Positions 47,830 to 60,400 of a stretch of 64,000 bases of DNA are shown here, one piece after another; position 1 is the first letter of the stretch, and each line of letters opens with the position of its first letter. Under the pieces are notes generated by a model that saw nothing but the letters and a program-made list of their open reading frames with translations, had not been told where the DNA came from and searched no databases. The stretch is from Macrostomum hystrix (taxonomy: Eukaryota; Animalia; Platyhelminthes): NCBI GenBank assembly GCA_950097015.1, contig CATNEN010000039.1, forward strand, positions 14,632,001-14,696,000, written 5' to 3'. The position numbers were made by a program, and so were the translations under genes.

Positions 47830-49340
47830 ACTCCGCTATCTCCCTGTCCTCTCCGCTATCTCCCTGTCCTCTCCGCTTTCTCCCTGTCATCTCCGCTCTC
47901 TCCCTGTCCTCTCCGCTTTCTCCCTGTCATCTCCGCTTTCTCCCTGTCATCTCCGCTCTCTCCCTGTCCTCTCCGCTTTCTCCCTGTCATCTCCGCTTTC
48001 TCCCTGTCCTCTCCGCTATCTCCCTGTCATCTCCGCTCTCTCCCTGTCCTCTCCGCTTTCTCCCTGTCATCTCCGCTCTCTCCCTGTCCTCTCCGCTATC
48101 TCCCTGTCCTCTCCGCTATCTCCCTGTCATCTCCGCTCTCTCCCTGTCCTCTCCGCTATCTCCCTGTCATCTCCGCTTTCTCCCTGTCATCTCCGCTATC
48201 TCCCTGTCATCTCCGCTCTCTCCCTGTCCTCTCCGCTTTCTCCCTGTCATCTCCGCTCTCTCCCTGTCCTCTCCGCTCTCTCCCTGTCCTCTCCGCTCTC
48301 TCCCTGTCCTCTCCGCTATCTCCCTGTCATCTCCGCTTTCTCCCTGTCATGTCCGCTTTCTCCCTGTCATCTCCGCTTTCTCCCTGTCATCTCCGCTTTC
48401 TCCCTGTCATCTCCGCTATCTCCCTGTCCTCTCCGCTATCTCCCTGTCCTCTCCGCTATCTTCCTGTCCTCTCCGCTATCTCCCTGTCCTCTCCGCTATC
48501 TCCCTGTCATCTCCGCTCTCTCCCTGTCATCTCCGCTCTCTCCCTGTCATCTCCGCTATCTCCCTGTCATCTCCGCTCTCTCCCTGTCATCTCCGCTCTA
48601 TCCCTGTCCTCTCCGCTCTCTCCCTGTCATCTCCGCTCTCTTCCTGTCCTCTCCGCTCTCTCCTTATCTTCTCCTCTCTCTCCCTGTGCTCTCCGCTCTC
48701 TCCCTGTCCTCTCCGCTTTCTCCCTGTCCTCTCCGCTCTCTCCTTATCTTCTCCGCTCTCTTCCTGACCTCTCCGCTCTCTTCCTGACCTCTCCGCTCTC
48801 TTCCTGTCCTCTCCGCTCTCTTCCTGTCCTCTCCGCTCTCCTCCTGTCCTCTCCGCTCTCTTCCTGTCCTCTCCGTTATCTCCCTGTCCTCTCCGCTCTC
48901 TCCTTATCTTCTCCGCTCTCTCCCTGTCCTCTCCGCTCACTCCTTATCTTCTCCGCTCTCTCCCTGTCCTCTCCGCTCTCTCATTATCTTCTCCTCTCTC
49001 TCCCTGTGCTCTCCGCTCTCTCCCTGTCCTCTCCGCTCTCTCCTTATCTTCTCCGCTCTCTCCTTGTCCTCTCCGCTCTCTCCTTATCTTCTCGGCTCTC
49101 TCCTTGTCCTCTCCGCTCTCTCCTTATCTTCTCCTCTCTCTCCCTGTGCTCTCCGCTCTCTCCCTGTCCTCTCCGCTCTCTTCCTGCCCTCTCCGCTCTC
49201 CTCCTGTCTTCTCCGCTCTCTCCCTGTCCTCTCCGCTTTCTCCCTGTCCTCTCCGCTCTCTCCTTGTCCTCTCCGCTCTCTCCTTATCTTCTCCTCTCTC
49301 TCCCTGTGCTCTCCGCTCTCTCGCTGCCCTCTCCGCACTC
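47830..49340. repeat. Pyrimidine minisatellite, 20-bp unit TCCCTGTCCTCTCCGCTCTC
   Basis: About 75 copies. Confidence 0.95.
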
Positions 49341-49885
49341 CCATATCCTCCACTTTGGCTGACATACTGAAGCAATAACAGTGCCAATGAAGCAAATGCA
49401 AAAATTCCCTATCTATCCCAAAGCTTTCGGTCACCAATCTGTGAGTTAAGCCAGATTTTCCCATGCACTCCTCATTTTGGATGTGAATATTCAGCCAAGC
49501 TATCGATTAAATCCCAGAGCCGCTTGAAAGCAGATTTTCGGCGACCATTTCTATGGTGTAAATCTTTGTTGCTGGGAGTTCATGAACGTAAACCTCGCAC
49601 AAAAATCCTCAGAAATTTCTGAGCTGGATCTGGCACTAAAGTCCCTGAGCTGGATCTACCAAACTTTAGTGCCAGATTTGAAAATTCTCACGCAAATTCA
49701 TGTATCGCGACCTCAGAGAGAAGATTATAATACAATTATACATACTATTATACGAGTGAGAAACGCTTTGAGTTCCCTCGCAGCCAGATGCCTAAATGAA
49801 ATGAAATTTTTTGCCGAGAAGTCTTCGACTTCACAACCTTGTTTAACTGTCCTAAATTTGTCAGCTGATTATTCTAGGTTGAATT

Positions 49886-50241
49886 ATAATAATAATAATC
49901 ATCATAATCATAATAATAATAATAATTGCAGGAGGGTTGAGGGCAAAGGCACATCATTTGGTGACACTAGACCCGCAGCCAGCGAGGAGGCAATTCTGCC
50001 CATTTCGCTGACTCCTGAGCACACACGCACACAGATACTGTACACAGGCACAGGCTCACACAGGTGTGTACATCTGCCCTGACTTTCTCATCGTCAGGCA
50101 AGTGTACAGTTAACTGTGCACCTTGAAGGTTGGCCCTCAAGGGCGTAAATTGCACGACAAGCCCCGAAGCCTTCTCTCCGCGGCTGCGCCCCAAATAAAT
50201 GTGGCCTCGCCGTGGAATCGAACTTAGGGACCTTGGTGCGA
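49886..50241 (-). mobile_element. SINE family 1, near full-length copy
   Basis: Minus strand reads TCGCACCAAGGTCCCTAAGTTCGATTCC (tRNA-like T arm / B box), full body, and long (TTA)n tail. Confidence 0.88.
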
Positions 50242-51150
50242 CTGCCGCCGACCCCCCCTCATCCTAGATTAAAAGCTTTGCTAAGTATTCTCTTCAAGAT
50301 TATTCTTAAATTTGTTAAAAGCCTTTTTTCAGACCGGTGCAAATCATTAATTACTAGCAATGGAATTCAGTAGGTTTCAGGATTTCATTTCAGCCAATAT
50401 GACAGCCTCATAATATTGATTTGGACATTTCAAATCGTGCAAAAAATCGATCCGGCCATACTCAATGCGACCCAGCCCAGCAGAGAGAAGAAATAAATAG
50501 AGGAAATTGAGAAGGCCGCAGGCCAGGTGCGAAGCGGCAGTGATTACACGCTTCTCCGGGGTCGCATCCGCTTTCTACTTGGTCTCATAGCTCCGCAATC
50601 GGGCACCAACCCTGCCATTTCCCCCAACCTAGAGCTAATTATTTTTTGTTCGTACCCTCTTGAAAGCGGCGGCGGACTGAGCAGCGTTGAGCAGTCTTGC
50701 ATACTTCCCGCGGAATCCCCAGGTGGATTGCGCGACGGTTCTGGGAGAAAGATAAAATTGAGAACAGTAGCACCGAACTAGCTGAGCAGTCCGGGGACAG
50801 GGGCTTCATTTTCTGGGCCACCAACTGTGCGCCTAAAAGCTTGACATTGCTCGAGAAAGCAGAAAATATTGACCTTTCGCTGGCTGGCAGACTGAGCGAT
50901 CCTATCCTATATATGCGAGTGTACAGACATGCAAAGCTTATTTCAGGACTATTTTAAGCTTATAGCAAGCCTGCATTGCCACATATCCGCTGATGAAACT
51001 ATGTCTGCAAAGGTGCATACTTAATAGAAATCTGGCTTCTCAAATGTACGAGTACATTTAGTACATTTTCATAATCTCGCCAATGGACCTCGTACAAAAG
51101 TTTATAATAAATGTTAATTTCTATTTCGAGTTACAATGGCCTGTATTCTA

Positions 51151-51453
51151 AGGGAGTGGCAGAGCGGTTAACGCGTTAGCCTCTCGCACCAAGGTCCCTG
51201 AGCTCGATTCCGCAGCGAGGCCGCATTCATTTCTGGCTTGTCGTGCAATTTGCGCCTTTGAGGGCCAACCTCCAAGGCACAGTGAGAGTGCTCACAGCCT
51301 GACCATGAGAAAGTCAGGGCAGATGTACACACCTGTGTGAGCGTATGCCTGCGTACAGTATATGTGTGCGTGTGTGCTCAGGAGTCAGCGAAATGGCCAG
51401 AATTGCCTCCTGGCTGGCTGCGGGTCTAGTGTCATTGTCATTGTCATTATTAT
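51151..51453 (+). mobile_element. SINE family 1 copy with complete tRNA-like head
   Basis: GGAGTGGCAGAGCGGTTAACGCGTTAGCCTCTCGCACCAAGGTCCCTGAGCTCGATTCC head. The body matches the other three copies. Confidence 0.88.
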
Positions 51454-51467
51454 GGTTTGTTTCAGGT

Positions 51468-52180
51468 CACCCAGTTGTACGGTAAATTGTGTGCTAGCAT
51501 TAGCTGGGGCATTAGCTGGGGGATATTGTGGCCCTTTAGTCCATGGACTGAGCAGCTGTACACAGCCTTTTTGAGGTTTTGAAGCTGTGACTGAGTTCAG
51601 TCTTTAGCAGTCTGTAAATTTGGCTTAACTGAAATTTCTATAACTGTCAAATGCCCTATGTTCATTTGATGGTGCCTAGACTCTGTCGCTAAAGTGGACT
51701 CTTTACGTATCTAAGCCGATCGCGATGACTCGATAATTAATCATATCTGATTTGATGACGCACGCGTTGTAACACAAAGCTGTCGTTAACGAAATCTCTT
51801 TGAATTAGCTGCTTCGATATCATAAGTGTATTATCTGATTCTTCGCATTCAGCTTTGACACGCGATTGTCCGTCTGTCGCATTAGTGTCACCTGGTAATG
51901 CGCACCTGAGAGCAGATAATTAGCCTAATCCTGCACTAGCAGAGGCCTCAACCCATAAGACCGCACACTTTGTTGCCTTCAGAATTTTCTTTTCAAACGT
52001 CCTTTGTCAGATGGGCATAACTCAGCTTAAATTTCAGCCAAAGAGAAACAATTTATTACCTTGAGCAATACACTTAATTCCCAACGACCTTAGTTCACCC
52101 TGTGGTAAAATGGGTTCATGCATACGATGATTAGTCCACGGACTGAACAGCTGTACACGGCCTTTGGAAGCGACGTAGCT
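51468..52180 (+). mobile_element. Two SINE family 2 fragments (about 51468-51572 and about 52055-52180)
   Basis: AGCATTAGCTG..AGTCCATGGACTGAGCAGC and CCTTGAGCAATACACTTAATTC..AAAATGGGT..AGTCCACGGACTGAACAGC match the 31079 copy. Confidence 0.6.
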
Positions 52181-52580
52181 GCGCTTACTGTTGTACAACC
52201 AGGGGGTAAGTTGAAGAACGGTTAATGTGCAATTGCCAGCAGCCGCCGTGCAATTATGAACTATTACGGTTGTACAACCAGATTTAGTTTTTATTTCCTA
52301 TCTATGCAGACTTGTAAAGTAAGTCTGGATAAAAAAAAGAAATTAACATATTCAAAATCTCCAGCATATTTTAGATGGAAACCGTCAGCAGGTCGAAAGT
52401 CCTGAGCATGCTAGAGTACTCAGGTCTCACCTTGAAAAAGTGGGAACGTGGAAACGAATGCAATAATCACACAGTAACAGTTTAACAGAAGCTTGTATTT
52501 TAAATAGTCCAGCTTATCTCTCCGCGAATATAAAAAGCATAACTTTACAAACAAGCGATGAAAATCATTGACGCAGCTGG

Positions 52581-55500
52581 TCATTGAAGTCCGCGAAGTC
52601 GACAGCGGCTCCTCCATGACAGTCGAAGCGTTCGCAAAAGAACGCATGCAACGGCTGCCAGAAGAGACGCGACAGAAGCTGCGAGACCAGCGGCCGCCAA
52701 GCTCAGCATCCAGCCTGTTGTTGCAGCAAACGCAACAGCTTTCTCAGCCCTCGATACTAGCAGCTTCGGGCGATGCACCGTCAGGATGTTGACGTCAACA
52801 AATGCCGTTAAGAATGGCTGGCCAGAGTCTGTGGCGACCAGGCGGAGACGCCAGCGTTGTGGTTGCACCAGAGCTGTCGATGAAGACAACGATGACGTCA
52901 GCCGTCTTCGAAGTCTCAGCAGGCCGCTGTGTCGCTCCAATCGAAATGTAGCGACCGCGTCGGGACTACTTTCAGAGACGTTCAGGCTGTACTCAATGCG
53001 GCCGTTCTCACCTTCGTCGGCATCACTTGATTCAGGAGAGTAAAAATGATAGTTTGGTGGGATGCCTTCGGAAAAAATCAGTTTTCTTTGTGGCTACTAT
53101 AATTTACATTGCACCAACCTAGCAGTCGCTTGGAGAATCACGTGACCAGGCCGATCGTCAAATGATACCGCGTGGCTTCTTTGGCCCCAATGTGGCCTGG
53201 GAAACTGAAATACAGGCGGGCAATCATTGACGTCGAGCACACGAATGCTAACCGCTGTGCTGGAAGAGAGGCTGCTTGGCAGGCCATTGTCCCGCGCGAT
53301 CAATGTGAAAGTGTACCGCGCTCGAGTCTCTCTGTCAAGACTCCGCTTGGTTTGTACAACTCCCACGTCGGACACTTGAAAATTGACCGCGGCGTCATCG
53401 CTGCCCTCAGCAGAGTCGTCCACAATCACGAAGGTCACAGTACCCCCGGGTCCCTCGTCCGGGTCTGACCATGGCACCAGCCCGAGTACCAGTCCTGGGG
53501 CTGCATTCTCTGTCGCAACAAATTCTAACACTGCTGGTAACAGTGGAGCCACGTCATTGATGTCTATGACCTGGAAATAAAGATCAGATCAGATGACAGG
53601 TTCGGCGCTGCAATTTCATGAAAATTACCTCCCCCAATTTGCGCTGAAGTCTCATGACCGAACTCTTTCACAGTTTGTTGTAGTATTTCTACCTGTTTCT
53701 GAGACGGTCGGGCAGTGTCGATTGCCTGCCCGGCCGTTTTTCAGGGCGGTTTGGTTGGCTCGGCCTTGGCCTCGCCCTCTCTCACCCTCCTCCCCGTTCC
53801 TGCTCTGTGTGCCCTGTGCCGCCACCTGATTGGCTTGACGCGGGCTTTGTCTGTTAACCCTTACCCTAGCCCTGCGGGCTTTGCCCTCCCGCCAATCAGC
53901 TCAGCGTAGCTATGCCCTCCACCCAGCCAGTGCGTACAACCCTACCCCTCCCTGCGCGCTTTAGGCTTGACTTTGCATCACGAAAGTTACTTCAAAGTCA
54001 ACCTCCGACATGTTACTATGTCCCACTCGTGTTTCTATAACGCGGCAAATATAAAAAAAACCAAACTTGCTAAATCTAACTCGGCTAAAAACCAACAATA
54101 TTCAAAAGCTCTCGCCAATGTACCACAAGCTCAACAGTTGCCGTGGTTGACAGTCTCCTAGGACGACCTCGATCGCTAGCCACGACGCGAAGCCGCGCTC
54201 TTGGTCGACGCTCCCGATCCAGCGGCCGCATCGCTGCAAGTAAGCCCGTCACAACATCCACAGCGAAGTCATTGTGGTGCCCATCGTCCAGTAGACGGTA
54301 GTCGATCCGGCCATTGTCGCCTATATCAGCATCGCTGGCACTTAAGTTTGCCAGGGCGAGAACCGATGCTGGTGACGACTCATTGGGAGCAGCCTCTGTT
54401 AGTCGCAATAAAACCGTTTGAGTCGCCAAGTTCAAACTAGCCATCGCAAAAACTGGCGCGTTGTCGTTTTCATCCAGCACGCGAATCACAAGGCGTTCCT
54501 CGCCGGCCAAGCCGCCGCCGTCCAAGCAGCGAATGGCGGCCCGATGCGAATCCGCCGTTTCCCGATCAAGCGGCGACATTGTCCGCAGCTGCAACAATCC
54601 GGGTGAAAACAACCGCAGTGAGAAAAGTTTCGAGGAATTTGACGCTAGTAGGTGACAATGGACGCTTCCGTTGGCTCCGGCGTCCCCGTCATGGACGCTG
54701 AGAACCGCGGCTACGGCACCCGCTGGATTGTTTTCGCGGACACTCGGCGATGCCTCAGATGTGGCGCCGAGAAGTTTCAATCGAGGCGCGTTGTCGTTCA
54801 CGTCGAGAACACGAATGCGAATGTCAGCAGTGGCCGATCTGCAAGGCGATGTTTTTTAAACCGGCATCAGCGTTTCACATATTTTACTTGAGGTTTCCTG
54901 CAGCGAAATCACCCCACCGAGCGTCTCCATCTCCACCGCAAGACTTCCAGCCAAGATTTTCCCTGAAAGCGAGTTTCAAGCTTATTCACTTCACGGCAGT
55001 GTAATCTTTAGTGAAAAATCCGATGCATTCTATAATTGCTCAAAGTGCATTGACCAAGGTCGAACTTTCGAGGTTAAAATCATTATCCAATTAAGCTCTC
55101 AGGTGACTCTCCCACCGTCGGTCCGAACCTACCGAATTATATTAATCTGTATCTCATTAAACATTCAATCTAACGCCATGAAAATAGAGAATTACGGGTT
55201 AAAACTTTGCTTTTATCCGATAAAAACAACTTCGAAAATCACAAAGCATCAGCATCGTCATGATACGCTCGTATATAGGCAATCAATATAGGCATCCTTT
55301 TTGTACTTACAAAAGCAGCCTATGTAACCATTTCGGCTATTATTGCTTATTATATTGAATTGGTTATATTTTTCATTATAATCTTGGCCCCACACCAATT
55401 TACTGTAACAAACCTTTCTACTGTCCCACGCCCATCTACTGTCCCACACACATCTACTGTCCCACATCCTTCTACTGTCCCACACCCTTCTACTGTCCCA

Positions 55501-56889
55501 CACCCTTCTACTGTCCCACACCCATCTACTGTCCCACACCCTTCTACTGTCTCACACCCTTCTACTGTCCCACACCCTTCTACTCTCTCACACCCTTCTA
55601 CTGTCCCACACCCTTCTACTGTCCCACACTAATCTACTAGGAGGTCAGCGGCAGTGGCAGGCGTTTGCCTCTCGAACCAAGGTACACGAGCTCGATTCCA
55701 TACCTAATTAGGTTACATTCGATTCCATACCTAATTAGGTTACATTCGATTCCATACCTAATTAGGTTACATTCGATTCCATACCTAACTGGGTCTCCAC
55801 CGTCGAGAGCTCGAACCCTGAATCGTAACTCCTCGAAGACCTCCCGGTCGAGCTGTCCGATTAGGCGCAGGCAGCCGCTATCCGACTCAATCGCCACCAA
55901 GCTGCGCACCTGCGGCTGCGTGCCAGGTGCGAGCTGATAGCGCAAGCGACCAGCTGCCCCGGCGTCGCAGTCGACTGCAGACAGACAGAGTGGAAGCACC
56001 GTGCCTAGAGGCACGTTCTCGACCGTTGCCACATCGTAAGCGCTGCGTTCAAATACCTTTTTTGAGAGAACTACATAACTTTACTCTAAGAATGTTACAG
56101 AACATTATACATATTTAGTTCACCTACCGGTGAGCAATCATTCTCGTGCATGACTTGCACAGTTAGCCGCAATCTTATGCCGAGTCCACCGCCATCCACT
56201 GCCAGCAGAAACAGCTTATAGACACTTCGCTTGTCACTGTCTAGCTTCCGTGTCAGCGCAAGGAACAAAGACCCAGAGTCAAACTGAAGACCGAAGGGCA
56301 AAGTTTCTTCCTGTTCTAACGTCTGCGGCAACAGGGAGTGCACCACGCGGCCGAACTCGCCACAGTCAGGATCGCTGGCCTCAGGCAAGGCGCGTCGACT
56401 ACCCGGTAGGTCGGCCTCGCTAAACTGTAGCTCGAGGCTCCTCATGGACCCGGGAAAGCTGGGCGGGTTGTCGTTGATGTCGGTGAGGTGAATTCGAACC
56501 AGCAGCAGCTGCAATGGCTGCCTGGTAGTGAGGGCAGTCGCCACCAGATACAGTCGCAACTCGCAGGCGACGCAGCGTTCGAATTCTCGGGGACAAATCG
56601 TCTCCCTGTCGAGGCGCTGTCTGAGTACCAGAAGCTGATTAAGCGCCGCATGCTTAACCGCGAAGGCCTCCTCGATTCCGCTGCGTCCAATGCCCCGCTG
56701 AAGGATTTCGTAGGCTGAAGAAGATGACAGGCTCGGCAAGCTGCCGATCACACAGGGCCAGTTCTTCTCCTCGGCTATTGTGAAGAATATTTCCGTGGTC
56801 CTGTTTCCGCGGCGGGTATTCGGTAGCAGTCGAGAGGAGTGGAACCGGGCAAGTAGGATCAACAGAGCGAACGACTGAAGCAAGTGCAT
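52581..56889 (-). CDS. Protocadherin, 7 cadherin repeats + TM + short tail (about 881 aa); exons 56889-56128, 56056-55785, 54838-54124, 53570-53119, 53025-52581
   Basis: Signal peptide MHLLQSFALLILLA. EC1 has LDRETIC...C (protocadherin-type Cys). Linkers DINDNPP, HENDCSP, DVNDNAP, DENDNAP, DINDVAP and DVNDCPP, plus DRE and DxD motifs. TM WMLSLAAAGLAASVASLLAAVACVLL. Introns are GT-AG with phases 0,2,0,2. AATAAA on the minus strand near 52290. Confidence 0.9.
55413..55630. repeat. Intronic minisatellite, 18-bp unit TCTACTGTCCCACACCC(T/A)
   Basis: About 12 copies in protocadherin intron 2. Confidence 0.9.
55692..55788 (-). repeat. 27-bp tandem duplication of the protocadherin exon-2 splice donor (four AG|GTATGG sites)
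   Basis: Minus-strand unit GTATGGAATCGAATGTAACCTAATTAG x3 plus a fourth GTATGGAATCGA. Confidence 0.92.
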
Positions 56890-57477
56890 TTCTGGTTGAA
56901 GTTTGCAAAGGTTGATGGTCAAAGCTATTGCTGATCAAATGTGCTCATCATCTTGGCTTGGGAGTAGTTCTTAAATATTGAGCAATGCACGAGCCTGGAT
57001 CGATGGTGTCATTTGCTGCAGCGCGTGTCGTAAATTTTCACTTTAGCTAATGACTCAGATGACTGGTTTACGAGCGTATGACTTCATCTGAGCAAAGACT
57101 CGGTTAGTCAGATGCAAATTTTGGGCACAGAAAGGCATCTCACCCTAACAGCGTGATACCAACTTATTTCTCATTCGATACATAATATTATTATGAGACT
57201 AAAACTATAGAGTAAAGACTTATTTGTATAATAAATCAAGAAATGATTATTTAAAGAAAATTGCGACTAAACACATTTCCTGGGAACCTAATTTATTTCA
57301 AAGAAAATAAGTCGAAGTTTAAATAAGAGATAAATGTGTTTTTTCTAATTAATTAGCTGAACTTTTTTCTACCGATACTACTATGACTTCAAAAATTAAC
57401 TTCGGGCACTTTTTCCTGCCCCATCGAATATATACGAATTACATTTTGTGAAGCCTACAGGATTATTAGGTATGTCT

Positions 57478-60400
57478 TAGCGGCAGGAAGACCACACTAC
57501 TATTTTACCACAACGGGAGTATTTAAAATCCGCTCTGGTACTAAAAATAAAACAAAAGCAGTCTGAAGAACCTCTGTATATCTTAGGGCAGGGGTAGGAA
57601 AACTTATTTGCTGGCGGGCCAAAGAGAGAACCTAAAAGACGACAGCGGGCCGCATTGACTGTATAAATATGAGATAGGGGAGAGATGAGACACGGGAGAG
57701 ATAAGACACAGGAGAGATTAGACACGGGAGAGATGAGACACAGGAGAGATTAGACACGGGAGAGATAAGACACAGGAGAGATTAGACACGGGAGAGATGA
57801 GACAAAGGAGAGATTAGACACGGGAGAGATTAGACACGGGAGAGATGAGACACGGGAGAGATGAGACAAAGGAGAGATTAGACACGGGGAGATTAGACAT
57901 GAGAGCGATGAGACACGGGAGAGATTAGACATGAGAGCGATGAGACACGGGAGAGATTAGACACGGGGGAGATAAGACACAGGAGAGATTAGACACGGGA
58001 GAGATTAGACACGAGAAAGATTAGACACGAGAGAGATGAAACAGGACACTGTAGATGTCAGAAGGGGCAACGGGCCGGATTTGGGAGCTTCGAGGGCCGC
58101 ATCTGGCCCGCGGGCCGGAGTTTGCCGACCCCTGTCTTAGGGTGTTATATCCCACCGGAAAATTCTTAATACTACAAGGAAGATATATGGGAGGAGATTA
58201 AATATCTCATCCAGCTCTTCTCAAGAGAGGGCTCCGTAATAACAGTAGGTGACTTAAATGCACGAACTGGCACATTACAGTCCAGCACTTGGGATAAGTT
58301 TCCCAGACAGAATCAGGACTCTGAGAAAAACAAGCATGGACTAAGACTGATGGAAATGTGCTCCGAGACCAAGAGTACGATTCTGAACGGAATGACTCAG
58401 GGTGACGTTATGGGAAATTACACGTTTAGTAGCACACTAGGCCGAAGTACCATAGACTACGCTATTGCATCCATGGATAAAGTGGATATTATAAAAGACT
58501 TCTTTATTCATCCTCAAAGCTTTCTGTCCAGACATTGCCCACTAACAGTTTCTCTGATTTTCCTGATCATGTCCAACCAGAACACCAGGAAAAACATCAA
58601 TCCTTCCCAATGCCTCCAAGATGGGACACTGAAACGCAGGGAAGTTACATTGAGGCATTGAATAACAAACAAAGCAAAGAAATAATTAGATAGTTGCAAT
58701 CTATTGACGCACACGATGGAGAATCCCTGGAAAATTTGTTCTCGAGCTTGACCAACCTGCTTAGAGACTCAGCGGCAGAAAGCTGCGCAAAGACAATCAT
58801 TCCGAATAAGTTCTGGACAAGTCGAGACGAGACACTAAGAAACTTGAGCAAATCATTAAAGTACGTGGCCAGGAAAAAAAGACGTAGACCGACTGACAGT
58901 GCGCTGGCATCAGAATATAATGGGCTAGCAAAAAATACTAACAACAGCTCAAGAAACTTAAGCAGATGGACATAAATGACTGCATTCAGAAAATGGCGGC
59001 TAACGGAACCTCAAAGGGATTCTGGTCCGGTCTTAGAAGAGCAGAAGAGTTGCTGTTCACCCAGCAGGAGACTTAACAGATCTCAAGCCCCAATCGCTGA
59101 CATCGCGGACAACCTAACCAAAGTATTTAACGCACATCCTTCTTCGGGAACCCAGCCGCATCGCACAGATGAAGCAGTTAGTCCCGAAGATTTAATTAGC
59201 TGCGTAGATCTCGATAGAGCAGTTTAAAAGCTAAAGAGAAGAAAGGCTGCAGGAATAGATGGTATAACAAATGAGCTCATTATCTACGGACAAGAGAAGC
59301 TAAAACCCGTACTTATGAAGCTATTTAACGCAAGCGTAAGAATCGGCCAGACTCCTGCACAGTGGTCAAATGCCCTAATCACACCGATTTATAAAAAGGG
59401 ATCCCTAGTGACCCCAAAAACTACAGACCCATAAGCGTGCTGCCTGCCCTGGCTCGCCTGTTTGCCTCACTTATCTATGAAAAGCTAGAAACTCATATTC
59501 GAACCCTCGACTTGCTTTCAGCCAGTCAAATAGGAAATAGAAAGGGCTTCCGAACTTCAGACCACATTGCCACTCTCTTGACGTTGATCCACTGCAAAAA
59601 GCGTTGCAAAAGACCATTTCACTTAGTGTTCTTTGACTTAAAAACGCATTTGACATGGTCCACCAGCCAACACTTTTCCAACGACTTAGGGAGATAAAGG
59701 TCAGCCCAGAAATAATCGAAGCAATGCAAAGCATGTACTCAGGAGCTAAATTCCAACTGAAGATCTCAGATGGCCAAGCAACTAAGGCAAGGAGCATAAC
59801 AAATGGAGTAAGACAAGGCTGTCCCCTATCCCCTCTACTCTTCTCACTCTATATAGATCCTTTGAGCACAATGCTAAGGGATTCATTTCGCAGCGACACC
59901 TTCATTAAAGATGAACAAATCAACAACTTGCTGTACTGCGATGATCTAGTGATCATTGGAGAGAATCCTCGAGAGTTGCAGAAGGGCCTCGATAAAGTGT
60001 CAGAATTTTGTCAGAGCCACAAGCTAGAAATCAATATGCAAAAAACTAAGGTTATTAGCTGTTGCCCTGACCCATCAAAGACGGCTAACAAACTATTTCT
60101 GCAGGGACAACTGTTAGATAGCGTCAAAGAATGGAAATATCTTGGCTTTCACATCAATGCTAAAGGAACCGTGGATTCCCATGCCACAGAGATTAACAAA
60201 AAATGTGGATGCCCTATTCTTCTCTTAAGGAAATTAGCTAGCCATGGGGCGGTCAGATACAATCAGCTCATGCTGTACTGCACAGCAATGATAGAAAGCA
60301 TAGCTCTGTACGCCCCCGAGGCCTGGGGGGGCTTTTGTCTCGTGGAACCTGTGTCCTTGGGACCGCTGTCTTGTGGAAAGAGTAAACATCAGGTGCTGTA

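Noticed and set aside
1490-49340. Regular 28-36 bp repeats as CRISPR arrays
   Set aside because: Units are contiguous with no unique spacers, there are no cas genes, and the context is eukaryotic.
53820-53960. TAACCCTTACCCTAGCCC flanked by inverted CTGATTGGC/GCCAATCAG as a telomerase RNA or interstitial telomere
   Set aside because: The repeats are degenerate and too few, with no recognisable pseudoknot or H/ACA features.
59934-59945. YCDD instead of YADD in the RT active site
   Set aside because: This is a tolerated YxDD variant in an otherwise frameshifted dead copy, so it is not evidence of novel function.
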